Assembly (NCBI GenBank): GCA_965222375.1
Contig: CBDCTZ010000002.1
Location: forward strand, 1 to 12,423
DNA length: 12,423 bases
Direction: 5' to 3'
Source of the DNA: Polyangiaceae bacterium
Lineage (GTDB): Bacteria; Myxococcota_A; Polyangia; Polyangiales; Polyangiaceae
Shown: piece after piece, positions 6,823-12,423 of the stretch
Layout of the letters: each line of letters opens with the position of its first letter
How positions within the stretch are numbered: the stretch's first letter is position 1
Program-made: the position numbers and the translations under genes
Notes under the pieces: model-generated
Databases searched by the model: none
What the model was told of the DNA's origin: nothing
The model's input: the letters and a program-made list of their open reading frames with translations, nothing else

Positions 6823-7848
6823 TCAGGTTCCGCTCAACGCGACGAATTCCCTGCCAGTTGGGATGCTCATCAAGTCCCTCAGCAGGGTAGGGACGTCGCC
6901 GGCTTCGTAGAGCAAGCGATGCACCGCCGCCACGATGGGCAGGTCCAACCCCTTGTGAACCGCGTAGTCATGGACTGCTCGCGTCGTCTTCACGCCCTCG
7001 GCGACCATATTCATTTCACTCTGGATCTTCTCTAGGCTTTCGCCTCCGGCGAGGCGCGCACCGACCTGATGATTGCGTGAAAGTGGTGACGAGCAGGTGG
7101 CGATTAGATCCCCCATGCCCGCCATCCCGCCAAAGGTCATGAGCTCGCCACCCATGGACACGCCGCAGCGAGCCATCTCCGAGAGCCCCCGAGTGAGCAG
7201 CAATGCCTTGGTGTTTTCGCCTAGCTTCAGCCCCGCGGTCACGCCGGCCGCTAGCGCGACGATGTTCTTGAACGCGCCTGCCACTTCAGCGCCGATGACA
7301 TCCCGGCCACCGTAGACGCGGAAGTAGTCGCCGTGGAGGGCCCCATGGGCACGCTTGAAGACCTCATCGTAGGCAGACGCGACGAGGGTGCCTGTGGGAT
7401 GTTGCTGCGCCAGCTCTTTCGCCAAGTTCGGCCCCGACAGGACACCGATCTTCCTGAGGCAAGTCTCTTCCCGCAAGATCTCGCTCATGCGCTTGTGGCT
7501 GCCCTGCTCGATGCCTTTGGTGGCGTGAACCACGACGTGTTCGCCGTTGACGAAGGCTCCAAGCTCCCTGGCCGTGGCACGAAAGCCGTGGCTGGGTACG
7601 ACGAACAGGATGAAGTGGCAGGATTGCGCGAGTCGCTCCAAGTCGTGGGTCGCTTCCAAGCTGGGCGGCAGCTCCACGCCCGGCAGGTAGGTTTGATTCT
7701 CGCGGCGGTCGTTGAGCTCAGCCGCGATTTCTTCACGGCGACAGTGCAGAAGCGTCTTGGCACCGCGTCGAGATGCGACCACGGAAAGGGTTGTGCCCCA
7801 ACTTCCAGCGCCAATGACGCCAACTAAATCTCGTTGCTTCCCGGTCAT
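6823..7848 (-). CDS. gpsA: NAD(P)H-dependent glycerol-3-phosphate dehydrogenase
   Basis: Start ATG 7848 (MTGKQRDLVGVIGAGSWG, 341 aa), 2 nt after the upstream stop. Motifs TKGIE, LSGPNLA, FKNIVA, GDLIATCSSPLSRN, AEGVKT. Confidence 0.95.
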   Translation of the reverse strand: MTGKQRDLVGVIGAGSWGTTLSVVASRRGAKTLLHCRREEIAAELNDRRENQTYLPGVELPPSLEATHDLERLAQSCHFILFVVPSHGFRATARELGAFVNGEHVVVHATKGIEQGSHKRMSEILREETCLRKIGVLSGPNLAKELAQQHPTGTLVASAYDEVFKRAHGALHGDYFRVYGGRDVIGAEVAGAFKNIVALAAGVTAGLKLGENTKALLLTRGLSEMARCGVSMGGELMTFGGMAGMGDLIATCSSPLSRNHQVGARLAGGESLEKIQSEMNMVAEGVKTTRAVHDYAVHKGLDLPIVAAVHRLLYEAGDVPTLLRDLMSIPTGREFVALSGT

Positions 7849-7850
7849 GA

Positions 7851-9446
7851 TCAATTTGCCCCCAAGGCTCTGCCCAGGTCGTAGCCCCTCAAGCGGTTGC
7901 CGTAGTAGAGAAGCAGGTTGCGATCTTCGTGGAAGACGCGATCTCCGCGTCGTTCCAACGCGGGGTGCAAGTGATAGCAACCATAGGCCTGTAGGGCATC
8001 GTCGATGATGGGAGCTGCGTCCGTGGATGCGAGCTCGTGGCCCAGCCGAGGCCCTTTGGGTAGCGACGAAAGGGTGGATATGAGCTGGTCGATTTCGCCT
8101 CCTAGCTCCCCCAAAGTGAAGCACGGGCTGCTGCCACCCGTGCGAAGCAGCCGGTACCGGTCCACGTCCGGGTTCTTGCGCGCAAGCAGACGCGAGGCTG
8201 CAAGACCGACGACGTGAGTGGACATGACCACGTTGTGTCGGAGGAACGCCGCAGCGATCTCTCGGGAAAGTTCGTTGGTGTACTCGGCGTCGCGCTGAGG
8301 GTCATGTTGTGGTTCGCCGTCCACCATGACGTAGGATTTCGGGTCGAGGATACGCCCGCGAGGGTCGAGGCTGCGCCCTTCGTCGTCCACCAAGTTGCCG
8401 AACAAGTCCAAGGGCTCCGAGAACGTCACCACGACCTTTGCGTCCAGGGACGCGAGTTCTTTCATGAACTCCAGGACTCGCCGAGGCTTGGAAAACTCGT
8501 CGTCCTCGATGATGTATCGCGACTTGCCGACCTCTTTCAAATAGTCCTCGATCAGCGTTTCCGCTTCCAAGACGAGCTTGTAGGAGATGGTGCAAGGCGC
8601 GACGTATAGATTGGGTTTGTCTCGCCCCGCACGCAGATTGTTGACGAATGCACGAACGCCCGTGCCCAGCAGTCCCCGCTTCAGACGTTGCTCGACCATT
8701 CCGCTTCGGCTGCGGGTTCCACCCGGAAAAAACAGGTTATCGTAGCCCAGCTCCAGAGCGACGGTGGCGTATTCCTTTAGGACATCCTTGTACAGGGAGT
8801 CTTTCTTCTTTCGGTCCACCCGATAGGCACCGAGGTTGTTCATGAAGAACGACATGACGGGGTTTTCGAACAGGTTGAGGCCGGCACCATAGAGCAGGGG
8901 TGGCAAGCCCAGAAGATGCACGGCGTAACCCAGTACGAGGCTGTCCAAGTGGGAGGAATGGGTCGGTACGACGATCACCGTGCCTTGCTTGCCCAGGCGT
9001 TTCAGTCGTTCGATGGACCCTTGGACTTCGACGTGGTCTGACAAGCCGCGTCTCATCCCGCTGAAGCTGCGTAGCTTGCCCGGAGTCGTGGCGCTGAGCA
9101 TGAGTCCCAGTAGCGCAGGGACTGCAGTCGTCGACATGCGATAGACGCGGTCGTCGAAACTGCCGACAATCTCGCCGGCGAAGCGCCGAGCGACTCGGTC
9201 CAGCAGCTCGCGTAGGTCCGGCTCGGACGCATGGCGCAGGCGTTTGGACAAGTCTTGATAGAAGGCTATGTCGCTCTTGATTCGGGGTTTGTCTTTGCGC
9301 TCCCGCTCCAGACGGCGGCGCTCCCAGTACAGCGTGTCGCTGAGCACGGCCTCTAGGTCGTCGCTGGTTTGGGCTTCGGCCACCAAGCGATCGACGACCC
9401 GGGTGGATGCCTCAATTTGTGCGCGCTCTCGATCCTGTCGACGCAT
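7851..9446 (-). CDS. plsB: Glycerol-3-phosphate O-acyltransferase, PlsB/DHAPAT-like
   Basis: Motifs VPTHSSHLD (HxxxxD), YGAGLNL, LGAYRVDR, FFPGGTRSRSG, LKRGLL, ISYKLVLE. Directly upstream of gpsA and co-oriented with it. Confidence 0.8.
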   Translation of the reverse strand: MRRQDRERAQIEASTRVVDRLVAEAQTSDDLEAVLSDTLYWERRRLERERKDKPRIKSDIAFYQDLSKRLRHASEPDLRELLDRVARRFAGEIVGSFDDRVYRMSTTAVPALLGLMLSATTPGKLRSFSGMRRGLSDHVEVQGSIERLKRLGKQGTVIVVPTHSSHLDSLVLGYAVHLLGLPPLLYGAGLNLFENPVMSFFMNNLGAYRVDRKKKDSLYKDVLKEYATVALELGYDNLFFPGGTRSRSGMVEQRLKRGLLGTGVRAFVNNLRAGRDKPNLYVAPCTISYKLVLEAETLIEDYLKEVGKSRYIIEDDEFSKPRRVLEFMKELASLDAKVVVTFSEPLDLFGNLVDDEGRSLDPRGRILDPKSYVMVDGEPQHDPQRDAEYTNELSREIAAAFLRHNVVMSTHVVGLAASRLLARKNPDVDRYRLLRTGGSSPCFTLGELGGEIDQLISTLSSLPKGPRLGHELASTDAAPIIDDALQAYGCYHLHPALERRGDRVFHEDRNLLLYYGNRLRGYDLGRALGAN

Positions 9447-9453
9447 GCAAGCG

Positions 9454-9459
9454 AGCCTA
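9454..9459 (-). promoter_or_regulatory. Possible -10 element for a leaderless plsB-gpsA transcript
   Basis: TAGGCT (TAnnnT) lies 7 nt upstream of ATG 9446, with no Shine-Dalgarno. Confidence 0.3.
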
Positions 9460-9504
9460 CACCGGGTGAGGGTAAATGGGTCGCCTCGGAACGCGGGGCT
9501 CCAC

Positions 9505-10359
9505 TCAGCCCGCGGGGAGCCGGCACCAGACCCGGAGAACCACGGTGTTCTTCACGGTCCAGGGCGTGACGTCCACGCGGTCCACGTCGGCCATGTCGTC
9601 TATGGGCAACCGACTGAGCAGACGTTCCTCTACGAACCGGCGCCGAAGGTTCTCGGATGACAGCGAGGCCAGGTCATCGCCGCGAATCACGAAGGTTACC
9701 ATCTCGAAGACCTCCAGTGCCGCATGCACACCGGACGCGGGAGCCGGCTCTTGGGATACGGCGCGGGCCAGAGCTTCGAGGGTGTCGCGCCCGACCCGAA
9801 CGGCCTGGACTTCAGCGCGACCGGAAGACTCGGCGTAACCCTGGGTGCGAACGCGCTTGCGACCACCCTTTTTGCCCTCGCCTTCGAGGGCTGCCAAGGT
9901 GTCGCGCCCAGGAGTCGCCTCGCGCACCACGATTTCCGGGCCGCCCTCTCCGCCCTCGACTGGTTCGTCGTAGTCGATGGTCGTCATGGGAGCGCGCACG
10001 TCCGTCGGCGCGTGCTGCTTGGCTTCGCCAACGATGGCTGACAGGGTTTCGCGCCCGGCCGGCGCCAGTTCGAAGGACAGGTCCGGGCTGGAGGTTTGGG
10101 GGGGAATCACTGCACGGGTGATCTTGCTGACAGGTTCCGGCGGAAACGCCCCCTGGGCGACATCTTCGGCGATCGCAGCCAGGGTCTCACGACCGGCCGG
10201 GCCATACTCCACGTTGATCTCGGGAGCCGCCTCGGCTTCGGCCTTGGCCTTCTTGGCGGCTGCTTTGGCGGACTTGGCACGGGCCGTAGCCGCCGGGCGC
10301 GGCGGCGACTTCCGCTTGGGCGGGGGCCGCGGGGGCAGGGGTTTCTTGCGTTTTGCCAA
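9505..10359 (-). CDS. Hypothetical protein: basic/Pro-rich N-terminus, four GR[ED]TLxA[IL] repeats, small C-terminal globular domain
   Basis: The track start (10551) overlaps gltD. TTG at 10359 gives MAKRKKPLPPRPPPKRK... (284 aa) with no overlap. Repeats conserved at the amino-acid level with synonymous codon variation support coding status. Confidence 0.75.
   Translation of the reverse strand: MAKRKKPLPPRPPPKRKSPPRPAATARAKSAKAAAKKAKAEAEAAPEINVEYGPAGRETLAAIAEDVAQGAFPPEPVSKITRAVIPPQTSSPDLSFELAPAGRETLSAIVGEAKQHAPTDVRAPMTTIDYDEPVEGGEGGPEIVVREATPGRDTLAALEGEGKKGGRKRVRTQGYAESSGRAEVQAVRVGRDTLEALARAVSQEPAPASGVHAALEVFEMVTFVIRGDDLASLSSENLRRRFVEERLLSRLPIDDMADVDRVDVTPWTVKNTVVLRVWCRLPAG
9769..10194 (-). 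repeat. Four degenerate intragenic protein repeats
   Basis: GRETLAAI 10171-10194, GRETLSAI 10033-10056, GRDTLAAL 9886-9909, GRDTLEAL 9769-9792. Confidence 0.85.
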
Positions 10360-10417
10360 AGGAGACCTGAGCCAAGTATTCCACGAATCGAGGCCGAACG
10401 GAAAATGGGCGCCCAAA

Positions 10418-11827
10418 TCAGGCGTGGTTTTCGAGCAGCCACTCGTCGATGGACTGGGCGGCTCGCCGCCCGTCGGCGATCGCCCAAACCACGAGCGACT
10501 GCCCCCGCTGGCAATCGCCGGCAGCGAACACGCCCGGCAGGTCGGACGCAAGGCGCCGATCTACGGCGACGTTTCCGCGTTGATCGAGTTTCACGCCGAA
10601 GGCCTTCAGCGGATCTGAGTCTGGGTGCACGAACCCCACCGCGAGCAGCACGAGATCCGCAGGGAGGCTCAGGGTTTCCCCGGTGGGTTGCGGAGCGCCG
10701 TGCCAGGTCTCGACTCGAGCGCACTCCACGGAGCTCACGCGCCCCTCGGCCCCGCTGAAGCTCTGGGTCATGATGCTCCACTGCCGCTCACCACCTTCTT
10801 GGTGAGAGCTCGAGGTTCGCAGCATCAAGGGCCACATCGGCCAGGGGGTGGCTTCGCTGCGCTGCTCTGGGGGACGTGGCATGATTTCCAAGCTCGTGAC
10901 GCTCTTGGCACCTTGTCGAATGCTCGTGCCGACGCAGTCGCTACCCGTGTCGCCACCGCCGATGATCACGACGTGCTTGTCAGTTGCCAGGATGGCTTCG
11001 CTTTCAGGGATCGTGTCGCCGGCCACGCGTCGATTCTGTTGCTCCAAGAAGTCCATCGCGAAAACGATGCCGGCCAGCTCTCGGCCGGGAATCGGCAAGT
11101 CCCGGGGTTTGCGCGAGCCAATGGCGAGGCACACTGCATCGAAGTCCGAGCGGAGCTCCCCCGCGGTTGGCGACACACCAACGACGGCGCCAGTGACGAA
11201 CTGTACCCCTTCCTGCTGCATCTGCTGCACGCGTCGATCGATCAAGCTCTTGTCCAATTTGAAGTCGGGGATCCCGTAGCGCAAGAGCCCACCGATGCGG
11301 TCGCTGGCTTCGAACACCGTGACGTCGTGGCCTCGGCGCCTCAATTCTTGGGCCGCCGCTAGCCCGGCGGGTCCCGAACCCACGACTGCTACAGAGCGAC
11401 CGCTGTTCTTCGCGGGGAGCTGCGGATCGAACAGCCCGGATTCCAGAGCGGAGTCAGCGATGCTCTTCTCCAAGACTTTGATGGATACCGGATCTCGATT
11501 GATGCCGAGGACACAGGCTGCTTCGCAGGGCGCCGGGCACACCCGTCCCGTGACCTCGGGGAAATTGTTGGTGGAGAGCAACGACGCGAGGGCCCTGTCC
11601 ATGCGGCCCTCGTAGACTTCGTTGTTGAAGTCCGGAATCAGGTTGTTGAGGGGGCAGCCTGAATTGCAGAAGGGGACTCCGCAGTCCATGCAGCGAGCGG
11701 ACTGGGAGACCAGACGCTCTTGGAGGACAGGAAGCTCGAACTCCTGGTACGAGCGGACGCGTTCTTCTACGGGCAACTTGTCCAGCTCCTCCCGCTCGAA
11801 TTCGAGGAATCCGGTGACCTTGCCCAC
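10418..11827 (-). CDS. gltD: Glutamate synthase small (beta) subunit
   Basis: GTG start at 11827 gives the typical MGKVTGF N-terminus, with GGAG upstream. Fe-S motifs [15 protein letters not shown] and [12 protein letters not shown]; nucleotide-binding GSGPAG and [19 protein letters not shown]. Confidence 0.96.
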   Translation of the reverse strand: MGKVTGFLEFEREELDKLPVEERVRSYQEFELPVLQERLVSQSARCMDCGVPFCNSGCPLNNLIPDFNNEVYEGRMDRALASLLSTNNFPEVTGRVCPAPCEAACVLGINRDPVSIKVLEKSIADSALESGLFDPQLPAKNSGRSVAVVGSGPAGLAAAQELRRRGHDVTVFEASDRIGGLLRYGIPDFKLDKSLIDRRVQQMQQEGVQFVTGAVVGVSPTAGELRSDFDAVCLAIGSRKPRDLPIPGRELAGIVFAMDFLEQQNRRVAGDTIPESEAILATDKHVVIIGGGDTGSDCVGTSIRQGAKSVTSLEIMPRPPEQRSEATPWPMWPLMLRTSSSHQEGGERQWSIMTQSFSGAEGRVSSVECARVETWHGAPQPTGETLSLPADLVLLAVGFVHPDSDPLKAFGVKLDQRGNVAVDRRLASDLPGVFAAGDCQRGQSLVVWAIADGRRAAQSIDEWLLENHA

Positions 11828-11831
11828 TAGC

Positions 11832-12423
11832 TCACTCCGCATCCGGTGCGCGATGCGCAGGTTCGGGTAGGGGATCCATTGACTGGCCCGGCGGCGGCAT
11901 GGTTTGCACTTGTTCTTCCATCGCGCGTCGGTATTCCACCGGAACCACCTTCTTGAAGCAGTTCAGGCTCACTTCCCATCGAGAGAGTAGGGCGCGGGCT
12001 TTCTCGCTGCCGGTCTGCTCCATATGCTCCTGAAGTAGGCCGGCAACGAAGGCGGAGTCTTCGGTCGAGAGTGCTTCCACTTCCACAAGTGCCGGGTTGA
12101 CCTTCAGCTCGAAGTTGTCGTCCTCGTCGAGTACGTAGGCCAGCCCCCCGCTCATTCCCGCGGCAAAGTTGCGTCCGGTGCTCCCGATGACCACGACTCG
12201 ACCCCCGGTCATGTACTCACAGCCGTGCTCGCCGACACCCTCCACGACGGCGATTGTGCCGCTATTGCGGACCGCGAAGCGCTCTCCCGCTACCCCGCGG
12301 AAGAACGCACGCCCGCCGGTCGCGCCGTACAACGCGACGTTGCCGATCAAGATGTTCTTTTCGGCGTCGAAGGAGGCGTTGGCGCGTGGGCGCACGACGA
12401 TCTTCCCGCCACTCATGCCTTTG
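11832..12423 (-). CDS. gltB: Glutamate synthase large subunit, C-terminal GXGXG domain (5' part outside the window)
   Basis: Motifs [53 protein letters not shown]. Immediately upstream of gltD. Confidence 0.96.
   Translation of the reverse strand, partial: KGMSGGKIVVRPRANASFDAEKNILIGNVALYGATGGRAFFRGVAGERFAVRNSGTIAVVEGVGEHGCEYMTGGRVVVIGSTGRNFAAGMSGGLAYVLDEDDNFELKVNPALVEVEALSTEDSAFVAGLLQEHMEQTGSEKARALLSRWEVSLNCFKKVVPVEYRRAMEEQVQTMPPPGQSMDPLPEPAHRAPDAE

Noticed and set aside
7849..8124. N-terminal extension of gpsA in the ORF track
   Set aside because: It overlaps the plsB-like gene, and the Rossmann motif begins just after Met at 7848.
9769..10194. CRISPR-like or DNA-level repeat array
   Set aside because: Conservation is at the amino-acid level with synonymous changes, the spacing is irregular multiples of three, and no cas genes are present.
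10360..10551. Longer start for the repeat protein
   Set aside because: It overlaps the 3' end of gltD, and TTG 10359 gives a more plausible N-terminus.

Overview
High-GC bacterial window whose gene content suggests Myxococcota (inferred from the zinc-ribbon/GYF_2 protein). From left to right: a 2TM+RCK (TrkA-N) channel-like gene on the minus strand that runs off the window and is missing from the ORF track; a candidate 25-aa membrane peptide coupled to it; and a zinc-ribbon/Pro-rich/GYF_2/TM protein of GltJ/AgmX-like architecture. Divergent from these are two tandem HTTM-family membrane paralogues and plsC. Converging on plsC are plsB-like and gpsA genes, preceded by a hypothetical protein with four GR[ED]TLxA[IL] repeats, gltD and the 3' end of gltB. 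The best candidate for an undescribed system is the HTTM pair. Copy A keeps a DCC (DxxCxxC) redox domain but lacks the family's conserved residues. Copy B keeps those residues but lacks the DCC domain. The pair sits beside a complete phosphatidic-acid synthesis gene set. I saw no RNA genes, CRISPR arrays or mobile elements. All calls come from manual translation and motif recognition, not database searches.
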